From contig CP129476.1 in assembly GCA_030583805.1 (NCBI GenBank), positions 966,657-1,030,656 of the forward strand: 64,000 nucleotides of DNA, in the 5' to 3' direction. The translations under genes and the position numbers were made by a program. Shown one piece after another: positions 27,890 to 36,256 of this stretch (positions are counted from its first letter, which is position 1; every line of letters begins with the position of its first letter). This stretch comes from Patescibacteria group bacterium (GTDB lineage: Bacteria > Patescibacteriota > Patescibacteriia > SG8-24 > DYFX01). A model generated the notes under the pieces. That model did no database searches. It was not told the origin of the DNA and saw nothing but the letters and a program-made list of their open reading frames with translations.

Positions 27890-28651
27890 ATGGATTCCAA
27901 CGAAAAGTTTTCGATGTCGCTCTCGGTCAAGCAAATCTTCCTCGCGGGCGTCGCCGCCGGCGTGCTCGGCGTGGCCGCTCTCGGTTTCCTCCTCATGGTG
28001 ACGAAGGGCGTCGATGCCAGCTCGTGGTTCTCGGGTTCCGCCCGCGCTCCGCTCGCGGTCGCTCCGTCCGCTGGCGTGCCGACGGCTCCGGCCGGCGGCG
28101 AACAGGTCGGCGAAGTCGCTCCGGTCACGAATGACGACCATATCCGCGGCGACAAGAACGCCGAGATCACGCTTCTCGAGTACTCCGACTTCGAATGCCC
28201 GTTCTGCTCGCGCTTCCACCCAACGCTCGTCCAGGCTTTGAACGAGTACAAGGGCAAGGTGCGCTGGGTCTATCGCCACTTCCCGTTGAACTCGATCCAC
28301 CCGAACGCGCAGAAGGCGGCCGAAGCCTCCGAGTGCGCCAACGAGCAGGGTAAGTTCTGGGAGATGGCCGACAAGATGTTCGAGAAGCAGGCCTCCGGCC
28401 TTACCGTCGCGCAGCTCTCCGGGCTCGCCAAGGAAGCCGGCGTGCGCGACATCGCGAAGTTCGACGCGTGCGTCTCGAGCGGCAAGTACGCAGCCCTCGT
28501 CGCCGCCGACCTCGCCAGCGGCGAAGCGGCCGGCGTGACCGGAACGCCGGGCACGATCGTGATCAGCAAGGACGGCACGAAGCAGCTCATCCCGGGCGCG
28601 CTTCCGTACGAGTCCGTCAAGCAGATTATCGACTCGATGCTCGCGTCCTAA
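27890..28651 (+). CDS. DsbA-like thiol:disulfide oxidoreductase (CPFC), membrane anchored
   Basis: TLLEYSDFECPFCSRFHP...GTPGTIVISKDG. Paralogue of the 1789-2505 gene. The alternative start MSLSVKQ is at 27914. Confidence 0.8.
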   Translation: MDSNEKFSMSLSVKQIFLAGVAAGVLGVAALGFLLMVTKGVDASSWFSGSARAPLAVAPSAGVPTAPAGGEQVGEVAPVTNDDHIRGDKNAEITLLEYSDFECPFCSRFHPTLVQALNEYKGKVRWVYRHFPLNSIHPNAQKAAEASECANEQGKFWEMADKMFEKQASGLTVAQLSGLAKEAGVRDIAKFDACVSSGKYAALVAADLASGEAAGVTGTPGTIVISKDGTKQLIPGALPYESVKQIIDSMLAS

Positions 28652-28662
28652 GACGCGGCGAA

Positions 28663-28698
28663 AAGAAAAAAGCCCCGCACCGTATGGTGCGGGGTTTT
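28663..28698. terminator. bidirectional rho-independent terminator
   Basis: AAAAGAAAAAAG-CCCCGCACC-GTAT-GGTGCGGGG-TTTTG. Confidence 0.6.
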
Positions 28699-28704
28699 GC
28701 GTAT

Positions 28705-29352
28705 TCACGCGGAGGCGATGATGGTTCCCGCCTCGCAATCGGCGAAGGCTTCGTCGAAGGCTTGCTCGGCGTGGCACAGGAATTCTTCCATCGTGTGATG
28801 ATCTTCCGACTGCAGTGCGCGCGGAACCGCGTCCCAGATCGTCGAGACGTGCACGGTTTGCATCGGCTCGAAGTCCGGGTTCTTGGCGGTGTGCTTCCTG
28901 TCCCGGTGCTCCGGATGCCAGAAGCGAATGCGCTTCACCTGGTTGCGCCAGTCGCGCAGGCTGCCGTCGCGGCGCGCGTATTGCGCCGCTTCGTCGGCCA
29001 GGGTCAGGAAGGTCGTGAGATGGCAGTCGTCGAGCAGCGCGCTCCGCGGCGCCGGTTGCAGCGTGAGCGAGCAGCAGGGCTTGGCCGAGCAGTGGGTCAT
29101 CGCATCGGTCACGATGAAGCTCGGACAGCGGTAGCCCATGCGCATGCGTCCTGTCTCCGGCACGATTTCCGGCACCTCGATCATCATGTCGAAGCGCAAG
29201 CTGGCCGGAACGACTTCGGGCACGATCGTCGCGAAGTACAGCTTGAGGCCGATGACCGGACGTTCTCGATTGCGGAGATTGACGCTTTCGAGCCGGATGC
29301 GCAGCAGGTTTCGGCGAAGCCATTCGGCGGAACGGGCGGGGGTAACGAACAT
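28705..29352 (-). CDS. hypothetical Cys/His-rich protein
   Basis: Start at MFVTPARSAEW. Contains CPSF...THCSAKPCC, FWHPEHRDRKH and C-terminal CHAEQAFDEAFADCE. The overlapping plus-strand ORF 28468-29367 is R-rich junk. Confidence 0.45.
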   Translation of the reverse strand: MFVTPARSAEWLRRNLLRIRLESVNLRNRERPVIGLKLYFATIVPEVVPASLRFDMMIEVPEIVPETGRMRMGYRCPSFIVTDAMTHCSAKPCCSLTLQPAPRSALLDDCHLTTFLTLADEAAQYARRDGSLRDWRNQVKRIRFWHPEHRDRKHTAKNPDFEPMQTVHVSTIWDAVPRALQSEDHHTMEEFLCHAEQAFDEAFADCEAGTIIASA

Positions 29353-29483
29353 CTTCCCTCCAGATAGGTTTACGTACGGTTGCGACAGGGAAGTCGAACC
29401 GTAGTTGAAAACCATGGCCCTGTCAAGGCGCATCGTGCGCGCATCCTTGAAGGCATGCCCCGCTTCCTTTAGGATGGCTGCAT

Positions 29484-32162
29484 ATGCCGAAGGCCGCGAA
29501 AAAGCCGGAATTGGAAAAAGCCTACGACGCTTCCAAGGTGGAGGACGCGATCTATCGCCGCTGGGAAGCGAGCGGCTTTTTCAATCCCGACAAGCTGCCG
29601 GGCAAGCGCAAGGACGCCTTCACGATCATGATGCCGCCGCCGAACCGCACGGGCATCTTGCACGTCGGTCACGCCACCGGCATCGCGATCCAGGATCTCC
29701 TGATCCGCTTCAACCGCATGCGCGGCAAGAAGACGCTCTGGCTTCCGGGCACCGACCACGCCGCCATCGCGACGCAGGTGAAAGTCGAAAGCCTGCTTCG
29801 CGAAAAGGGGATGAAGGATCCTAAGCGCGAACTCGGCCGCGAGAAGTTTTTGGCCGAGGTCGTGAAGTTCGCCGAAGCGTCCGGCGCCACGATCGTGAAG
29901 CAAACGCGCTCCATGGGCGCCTCGTGCGATTGGTCGCGCGAAGCCTACACCTTCGACAAGGAGCGCAACGCGGCCGTGAACGAGATGTTCCGGATGATGT
30001 ATGAAGACGGCCTGATCGAGCGCGGGTATCGCGTGGTCAACTGGGATCCGCAGTTCCAGACGACGCTCTCCGACGACGAAGTGCTGACGAAAGAAACGAA
30101 AGCCAAGTTTTTGACGTTCACGTACGACAAGGATTTTCCGATCACGATTTCCACCACCCGCCCCGAAACGAAATTCGGTGACACGGCCGTCGCCGTCCAT
30201 CCCGACGACGCGCGCTACAAGAAGTACGTCGGCCAGACGTTCACGCCGACCTTCTGCGGCAAAAAATTGCATATCAAGGTGATCGCCGACAAAGCGGTTG
30301 ATCCGTCCTTCGGTACGGGCGCCCTTGGCGTCACGCCGGCGCATTCGATGATCGACGCCGAAATGGCCGAGCGCCACGCGCTCCCCACGGTGCAAGTGAT
30401 CGGACCGGACGGCCGCATGAACGAAACGGCGGGCGCCGCCTTCAAGGGTCTGACGCTTGTCGAAGCACGCGCCAAGATCGAGAAGATGCTGGCCGACGCC
30501 GGCCTCCTTAAAGGAGTCGAAGAGATCGCGCAGAATCTTCCCGTCGCCGAACGCGGCGGCGCGCCCGTCGAGCAATTGCCGATGAAGCAGTGGTTCATTC
30601 GCGTGAACAAGCCGTTCACCTTGAAGCAGGCCACGCTCGGCAAATGGAAAAAGGGGGAGAAGGTCACGTTGAAACAGTTGATGCGCGAAGCCGTCGGGCC
30701 GAAACGCACGGAGATCCTTCCCGACCAATTCACCAAAGTCTATTTCCACTGGATCGATAACCTTCGCGACTGGTGCATCTCGCGCCAGATTTGGTTCGGC
30801 CACAGGATTCCCGTTTGGTACAAGGGTGAAGAAATGCGCGTCGCCGACCGCGCCCCCGGCAAAGGCTGGGAGCAGGATCCTGACACGCTCGACACCTGGT
30901 TCTCGTCCGGCACCTGGACGTTCTCGACGCTCGGCTGGCCGAAAAAAACGAAAGACCTGGAACGCTTTCATCCGACCGACGTCCTCGAAACCGGCCGCGA
31001 CATTATTTTCTTCTGGGTCGCGCGCATGGTGATGATGTCGACGTACGCCCTCGGAGCATCGCCGTTCAAGACGGTCTATCTCCACGGCCTCGTGCGCGAC
31101 GAGCAGGGAAGGAAGATGTCGAAGTCGCTCGGCAACATCATCGACCCGCTCGACGTCTCCGCGAAATACGGCACCGACGCCGTGCGCTTGTCGCTCGTGA
31201 TTGGCACTGCGCCCGGCGCCGACACGAAACTTTCGGAAGAGAAGATCGCCTCATACCGCAACTTCACCAACAAGCTTTGGAACATCTCGCGCTTCGTGCT
31301 GACGAGCGTTTCAAAGGTACAACGCGTGCCGAAAAAACCGACGGCCAAGACGCTTTCCGACAAATGGATTCTGGCGCGGCTCGAGTCCGTGGCGGCGCAG
31401 GCATCGGCCTCGATCGAGAAATGCGAATTTTCTCCGGCCGGCGAAGTGCTGCGCGAATTCACCTGGACGGAATTCGCCGACTGGTATTTGGAGATCGCCA
31501 AAATCCAGATGCACGATGCCAAGCTGAAGGCTTCCACGGAAAAAGTCCTCTTGTACGTTCTCGAGAACGTCCTCAAGCTGTGGCATCCGTACATGCCGTT
31601 CGTGACGGAAGCGGTTTGGGATCTTCTGGCTGGCAATGCCAAGGGCAAGAAATTCCTGATGATCGAGTCGTGGCCGAAAGCGAAGACTGCAGCCGCGCCG
31701 AAAGAGTTCACCTTGCTCCAGGAAATCATCGGCGCGATCCGCAACATCCGCAGCGAGTACAAGGTTGAACCCGCAAAGAAGATCAACGCGACGATCGTCG
31801 CGGGTGCGAGAGCGAAACTCGTGAAGGAGAACGCCGCCGTCATCGCCACGCTCGCGCGCATCGACACGCTCACGATCCTGCCGAAAGGGGAGAAGCCGAA
31901 GGACGCCGCCTCCGCCATGGCCGGGGGCGTCGAGGTCCACCTGCCGCTCGCGGGCATGGTCGACATGGCGAAAGAGAAGACGCGCCTCGAAAAGGAAAAG
32001 CAAAACCTCGAAGGCTTCGTAAAGAGCCTCGAAGCGAAACTCTCCAATCCGGGCTACACCGACAACGCGCCGAAAGAGGTTGTCGAGAAAACGCGCCAGA
32101 TGCTCGCCGAGAAAAAAGAGGAACTTGTAAAGGTACAAGTTGCATTGAATGCTATGAAATAG
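29484..32162 (+). CDS. valS: valine--tRNA ligase
   Basis: HIGH-type PNRTGILHVGHA, KMSKS (RKMSKSLGN), anticodon-binding and C-terminal coiled-coil domains. 892 aa. Confidence 0.95.
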   Translation: MPKAAKKPELEKAYDASKVEDAIYRRWEASGFFNPDKLPGKRKDAFTIMMPPPNRTGILHVGHATGIAIQDLLIRFNRMRGKKTLWLPGTDHAAIATQVKVESLLREKGMKDPKRELGREKFLAEVVKFAEASGATIVKQTRSMGASCDWSREAYTFDKERNAAVNEMFRMMYEDGLIERGYRVVNWDPQFQTTLSDDEVLTKETKAKFLTFTYDKDFPITISTTRPETKFGDTAVAVHPDDARYKKYVGQTFTPTFCGKKLHIKVIADKAVDPSFGTGALGVTPAHSMIDAEMAERHALPTVQVIGPDGRMNETAGAAFKGLTLVEARAKIEKMLADAGLLKGVEEIAQNLPVAERGGAPVEQLPMKQWFIRVNKPFTLKQATLGKWKKGEKVTLKQLMREAVGPKRTEILPDQFTKVYFHWIDNLRDWCISRQIWFGHRIPVWYKGEEMRVADRAPGKGWEQDPDTLDTWFSSGTWTFSTLGWPKKTKDLERFHPTDVLETGRDIIFFWVARMVMMSTYALGASPFKTVYLHGLVRDEQGRKMSKSLGNIIDPLDVSAKYGTDAVRLSLVIGTAPGADTKLSEEKIASYRNFTNKLWNISRFVLTSVSKVQRVPKKPTAKTLSDKWILARLESVAAQASASIEKCEFSPAGEVLREFTWTEFADWYLEIAKIQMHDAKLKASTEKVLLYVLENVLKLWHPYMPFVTEAVWDLLAGNAKGKKFLMIESWPKAKTAAAPKEFTLLQEIIGAIRNIRSEYKVEPAKKINATIVAGARAKLVKENAAVIATLARIDTLTILPKGEKPKDAASAMAGGVEVHLPLAGMVDMAKEKTRLEKEKQNLEGFVKSLEAKLSNPGYTDNAPKEVVEKTRQMLAEKKEELVKVQVALNAMK

Positions 32163-32294
32163 GCCCCGGCTTTCGCCGGGGCGGCTTCGCAGGAAGAGTT
32201 CAGGTCGTTTGATTGCCCTGCTCGCCGATTGACGCGACGCTCGCAGGACTGTAAGACGGTCTTGCGAGTTTTCGCATCCGCCAAGGAGGCCGTC

Positions 32295-32744
32295 ATGGAA
32301 CGCGTTTCTCTCGCTCTCGTGATTGTCGCGCTTGTTACGTTTGTCGCGACCGTGCTCGGAAGGCGCTTCATCCGGCGGAGCCGCGCAAAGCACGCTGGAC
32401 TGATGCGCGCGAAGCTCTCGGCTCTGCGTTCGGCGGTGCGGCATTGGCCCGGCCCCGTCGAAGATCTGGTGAGGATCGACAGCGATCGCCAGCGCGGAAG
32501 CCATTCGTTCCGCACGATCGAATTACGGCCGTGCCCGGAAGAGCTTTGGCGCGTGCTGATCCTCGTGCAGGAACAGTATCGGCTGGAGATCATCAGCGCC
32601 AAGGATCACACGCGATGCTATCCCGCGGTCGGGACGTGGTCGGACGAACCGTGGCTCAAGAAAGAAATCGATCTCCTGCTCTGGGAGCTCGACGCTCTGT
32701 CTGCGCGGCAGGATCGATCGCCTGGCGTGACACACGACCATTGA
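32295..32744 (+). CDS. small N-terminally membrane-anchored hypothetical protein (array member 1)
   Basis: SD AAGGAGG 5 nt upstream of ATG 32295. TM LALVIVALVTFVATVLG. Confidence 0.5.
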   Translation: MERVSLALVIVALVTFVATVLGRRFIRRSRAKHAGLMRAKLSALRSAVRHWPGPVEDLVRIDSDRQRGSHSFRTIELRPCPEELWRVLILVQEQYRLEIISAKDHTRCYPAVGTWSDEPWLKKEIDLLLWELDALSARQDRSPGVTHDH

Positions 32745-32778
32745 GCATGTCGCAGCTGCTTGAGGCATCGCGACGGCA

Positions 32779-32802
32779 CCGCTTGACCTCAAGCGGTTTT
32801 TT
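32779..32802 (+). terminator. rho-independent terminator carrying a TTGAC loop motif (array spacer 1)
   Basis: CCGCTT-GACCTC-AAGCGG + TTTTTT. Confidence 0.55.
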
Positions 32803-32842
32803 CTTTATGTTTGCGGCAGCTCACCACACGAAAGGAGCTTTC

Positions 32843-33358
32843 ATGCCGCCTGGAGCACTGTTCTTTCTCGGTCTCGTCGCCCTCATCGTCATCGCGATCT
32901 TCGTGCGCTGGATCGTGGTGCGCTACGCCGAGTGGCGCCTGCGGAAGCCGCTGTCGGCGAAGCTCGACTGGCTGATTGCGCAGGTGAAGTACCACGAGGC
33001 CACGCCGCTGCAGGATCTTCGCGTCATTCACATCGGCGCGAGCCCTGGCGTCGACGACCCGAACGACACCTCGACGCACTACGAGATCTGCCCGTTGTAC
33101 GGCCACTACTTCAGCGTCGCGCACATCGGCGCTGGGAAGAAGCTGCGGTATCGCGTCAATCGATGGCGCGACGACATGTACGGCCCCATCTTCCCGCCTC
33201 TGGGCGGGACGTGCCGCAGTCCGTGGTTCGTCGAACGGATGGAGACGCTCTGCAAGCTGCTCGACGCCTATCCGCGCGGGAAGCTGCTCGCGAGGATCTC
33301 CGACCGTACCCACGGCACCGATCCAGATCCCGGACCCGACTTGCTCCCGGCCGCTTGA
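32843..33358 (+). CDS. small N-terminally membrane-anchored hypothetical protein (array member 2; paralogue of member 3)
   Basis: SD AAAGGAG. TM FFLGLVALIVIAIFV. C-terminal block WFVERMETLCKLLDAYPRGKL resembles WFVAKAEMLVQALDAYQRHPL in member 3. Ends ...AA* like member 3. Confidence 0.5.
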   Translation: MPPGALFFLGLVALIVIAIFVRWIVVRYAEWRLRKPLSAKLDWLIAQVKYHEATPLQDLRVIHIGASPGVDDPNDTSTHYEICPLYGHYFSVAHIGAGKKLRYRVNRWRDDMYGPIFPPLGGTCRSPWFVERMETLCKLLDAYPRGKLLARISDRTHGTDPDPGPDLLPAA

Positions 33359-33375
33359 CGCGCGCCGGTTTTTTT
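33347..33375 (+). terminator. rho-independent terminator (array spacer 2), 30-nt sequence repeated at 33977-34004
   Basis: CCGGCCGC-TTGAC-GCGCGCCGG (8-bp stem, 1-nt bulge) + TTTTTTT. Confidence 0.6.
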
Positions 33376-33410
33376 GTTAGCGTCCGCGTGTCATTTCAGG
33401 AGGTAATGGG

Positions 33411-33986
33411 ATGGAATTTCTCATCGCTTTGTTCGCCACGCCCGTGATCGTCGGACTTTGCGTGCTCCTTGCTTGGCTGATGCGGGCTATTCCACACAGG
33501 CGATACGAGCGTTCGATCAAGGGTCTCGTGTCGAACTACATGGATACGATCGCGCGGCTCACGGTGCTCGGACCGCCGTCGTTTTACGAGATCACGTCGT
33601 TGGCTTGCGATCGCGGCAGCGCGTACAAACAATGGGCTTGCCGCATTTTTCTCAAATCCTCTCTGGGATTTGCTCTCGAGAAGTGCGGGTTCGAAGGACG
33701 CTGGACGTATCGTGCGCATTTCTTCGACCCGCTCACGGGCCAATATCGCAAGTTCGGCAACAATGAGGTGTGGGGGGTCCGTAGCGAGTGGTTCGTGGCC
33801 AAGGCCGAGATGCTCGTGCAAGCCCTCGACGCCTATCAGCGCCACCCGCTCGTGAAGACGCGCGAAGGTAGCGCTTTCAACTCGGAAGCCGAACGCTTCC
33901 AGGCACTCTTCCGTATGACGGATCGCACCAGGACCGACTTCAACAGCTTCTTCCAGAACCTCACACAGTCACGATCGGCCGCTTGA
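33411..33986 (+). CDS. small N-terminally membrane-anchored hypothetical protein (array member 3)
   Basis: SD AGGAGG. TM LIALFATPVIVGLCVLLAWL. Paralogous to member 2. Confidence 0.5.
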   Translation: MEFLIALFATPVIVGLCVLLAWLMRAIPHRRYERSIKGLVSNYMDTIARLTVLGPPSFYEITSLACDRGSAYKQWACRIFLKSSLGFALEKCGFEGRWTYRAHFFDPLTGQYRKFGNNEVWGVRSEWFVAKAEMLVQALDAYQRHPLVKTREGSAFNSEAERFQALFRMTDRTRTDFNSFFQNLTQSRSAA

Positions 33987-34004
33987 CGCGCGCCGGTTTT
34001 TTTG
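33977..34004 (+). terminator. rho-independent terminator (array spacer 3), repeat of 33347-33375
   Basis: The identical GGCCGCTTGACGCGCGCCGGTTTTTTTGTT string appears twice. Confidence 0.6.
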
Positions 34005-34034
34005 TTCACGTGGAGAGGAAGGAGGCGCAGATCC

Positions 34035-34553
34035 ATGCCGTTCCTTATCCGCTGGCTCGCCATTCTCGTCATCACGCTCGCCTTCGTCGTGCTTCTCATC
34101 GCGCTCGCCGCGTTTTGGAAGGAGCGTTCGGAAAAGAAGCGCGCGGCGCTCGTCCGGGCCGACGAGCAAAGAAATCGACTGGCCTACGACCGCCTCCTCG
34201 CCGAAATGATGGCCTACGCGTCGGAGCCGGGCACCGTCTTCCACGAGGAGGCCTTCGCCGACTTCATGTGCATGCGCACGGTGGCGGATCGTTTCGGCAA
34301 GCGCTGTTACGTCGAGCGGCAGCGCAAGTTTGATCAGGCGCTCCACCGGACGCTGTGCCTCTTTGAAAACGGCGACTGGATTCCTTCAAAGTCCGTCGTT
34401 GTCGACATTCCCGCCACGCAGGTCGACTGGGCCGCCTACCACCGGAACGTCCGCGACATCCGCGAGCACGGCGCCAAGTTCTCGTTCCTCGACGAGAGCG
34501 GTCTGCATCGCCAGGTGCGCGTCCGTTGCGAACCGGCCGAACCCCGCGTCTGA
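34035..34553 (+). CDS. small N-terminally membrane-anchored hypothetical protein (array member 4)
   Basis: SD AAGGAGG. TM LAILVITLAFVVLLIALAAF. Confidence 0.5.
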   Translation: MPFLIRWLAILVITLAFVVLLIALAAFWKERSEKKRAALVRADEQRNRLAYDRLLAEMMAYASEPGTVFHEEAFADFMCMRTVADRFGKRCYVERQRKFDQALHRTLCLFENGDWIPSKSVVVDIPATQVDWAAYHRNVRDIREHGAKFSFLDESGLHRQVRVRCEPAEPRV

Positions 34554-34562
34554 TCCTCCTCG

Positions 34563-34593
34563 CTTCGCGACGGAGGATTTTTCATTGACGCGC
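34563..34593 (+). terminator. rho-independent terminator (array spacer 4) followed by a TTGACGCGC motif
   Basis: ATCCTCC-N12-GGAGGAT + TTTTT, then CATTGACGCGC. Confidence 0.5.
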
Positions 34594-34636
34594 TCCTTCT
34601 TCTGTGAGAGGTTGGACGCAACCGAGAGGAGGCCGC

Positions 34637-35020
34637 ATGCGTATCCTGTACTGGATTCTCGGTGTCGCCGCGTCCGCCGCCGCGGCCGCCTACGTGGCGA
34701 AACACCGCGGAAAGAAGTCCGTCATCGACCAGTTCATTGCCGCTCTGGAGACGAAGAACGTCACGGTGTTCTCGGAGTGCGACGGCATTCCCATGCGCAA
34801 CGTCCGCGAACAGTGGTTCGCCGGCGTGGCTGACGGCGTCCCGTTTCATTTCAACGCCCGCACCGACAGGCACTCCACGAGATGGGTCTTCGTCCTCACG
34901 TGGAAAGGCGAACCGTACGTCGAGCGCTGGAACGTCCTGAAGCGTGGCCGCGCTCGAACCCTCGCCGCCGTCCACCTCGCTCTGAAGCGCCTGCCCGTCC
35001 GTCGGGAAGGCAACGACTGA
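34637..35020 (+). CDS. small N-terminally membrane-anchored hypothetical protein (array member 5)
   Basis: SD GAGGAGG. TM ILYWILGVAASAAAAAYV. Confidence 0.5.
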   Translation: MRILYWILGVAASAAAAAYVAKHRGKKSVIDQFIAALETKNVTVFSECDGIPMRNVREQWFAGVADGVPFHFNARTDRHSTRWVFVLTWKGEPYVERWNVLKRGRARTLAAVHLALKRLPVRREGND

Positions 35021-35043
35021 CAACCTTTCGGGGTTGTTTTTTT
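35021..35043 (+). terminator. weak hairpin + 7-T run (possible terminator/attenuator abutting tyrS start)
   Basis: CAACC-TTTCGG-GGTTG + TTTTTTT. The ATG of tyrS follows immediately. Confidence 0.35.
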
Positions 35044-36255
35044 ATGCTTGAAAAGCTAAAGTCTCTCCATATGAAAGCCCCGTCTGACGCCGCCATCCAA
35101 CAGCTCCTGGAGCACCAGGTCGCCGACGTGATCGTCCGCGAGAGCCTTGAGAAGAAGCTCCGCTCCGGCAAAAAGTTGCGCATCAAGTTCGGCGCCGATC
35201 CTTCCCGTCCGGATTTGCATCTCGGCCACGCCGTCGTGCTCAGGAAGCTCCGCGCCTTCCAGGATCTCGGCCACACGGTCATCTTTTTGATCGGCGACTT
35301 CACCGCGCTGATCGGCGACCCGACGGGCAAGTCGAAAACGCGCCCGATGCTCTCCGCCAAGGAGATCAAAGAGAACGCGAAGACGTACCTGAAGCAGGTC
35401 GGCAAGGTCTTGAACGTGAAGAAGGGCGAGATCCGCTACAACTCGGAATGGCTCGGCAAGATGAAGGCCGCCGATTTCGTGTCGCTCTGCGCCCAGTTCA
35501 CCGTCGCCCGCATCATCGAGCGCGACGATTTCTCGAAGCGCCTCGCCGCCAAGACGGACGTGCACATGCACGAGCTGCTCTACCCGATGCTCCAGGCCTA
35601 CGACTCGATCGCGCTCGACGCCGACATCGAGCTCGGCGCCACCGACCAGACCTTCAACCTCCTCGCCGGCCGCGCGCTCATGAGCAAAAAGGAGATGGTT
35701 CCTCAAGACATCATGACGACCCCGATTTTGGTCGGCACCGACGGCAAGGAAAAGATGTCGAAGTCGCTGAACAATTACATTGGACTCGCCGACTCGGCCG
35801 AAGACATGTTCGGCAAGACGATGACGGTGCCGGATTCCGCGCTCCCGAACTGGCTCGAACTCGCCGCCGATTATTCGAAGGAAGAAATCGCCGCCGAGAA
35901 CGCCGCCCTCAAGAGGGGAGAGAACCCGCGCGACGTGAAGATGCGCCTCGCCAAGAGGATCGTCTCGGCCTATCACGGCGCGAAAGCGGCCGACAAAGCC
36001 GAAGAAGGCTTCAAGGCGCGTTTCCAAAAAGGCGAGATGCCGACGGAGATGAAAAGCTGGAAACTGCCGAAGACGATGAAGCTGTACGAAGTCGTCGCGA
36101 CGGCGTTCGGGATGTCGAACTCGCAAGCGCGCCGCGATATCGAAAGCGGCGGCGTGAAGATCAACGGCGCGGCCGTGAAGAATCCGATGCAGGAAATCGC
36201 CAAAGGCGGCGTCGTCCTCCAAAAGGGCAAATTGCATTTCGTGAAGATCGTCTGA
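35044..36255 (+). CDS. tyrS: tyrosine--tRNA ligase (short form with C-terminal S4-like domain)
   Basis: FGADPSRPDLHLGH (HIGH), KMSKS (EKMSKSLNN), C-terminal S4-like VKINGAAVKNP. Alternative start at 35071. Confidence 0.9.
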   Translation: MLEKLKSLHMKAPSDAAIQQLLEHQVADVIVRESLEKKLRSGKKLRIKFGADPSRPDLHLGHAVVLRKLRAFQDLGHTVIFLIGDFTALIGDPTGKSKTRPMLSAKEIKENAKTYLKQVGKVLNVKKGEIRYNSEWLGKMKAADFVSLCAQFTVARIIERDDFSKRLAAKTDVHMHELLYPMLQAYDSIALDADIELGATDQTFNLLAGRALMSKKEMVPQDIMTTPILVGTDGKEKMSKSLNNYIGLADSAEDMFGKTMTVPDSALPNWLELAADYSKEEIAAENAALKRGENPRDVKMRLAKRIVSAYHGAKAADKAEEGFKARFQKGEMPTEMKSWKLPKTMKLYEVVATAFGMSNSQARRDIESGGVKINGAAVKNPMQEIAKGGVVLQKGKLHFVKIV

Positions 36256-36256
36256 C

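Noticed and set aside
28468-29367. 299-aa plus-strand ORF
   Set aside because: Arg-rich low-complexity translation antisense to the better-supported minus-strand Cys/His-rich gene (28705-29352).
32164-32182. Hairpin CCCCGGC-TTTC-GCCGGGG right after valS
   Set aside because: GC-rich stem but no following T-run, so it cannot be called an intrinsic terminator with confidence.
27638-32504. Series of long minus-strand ORFs (561, 538, 323, 397 aa) across the dsbA / valS region
   Set aside because: All are antisense to dsbA or valS, and their translations are R-rich and low-complexity.
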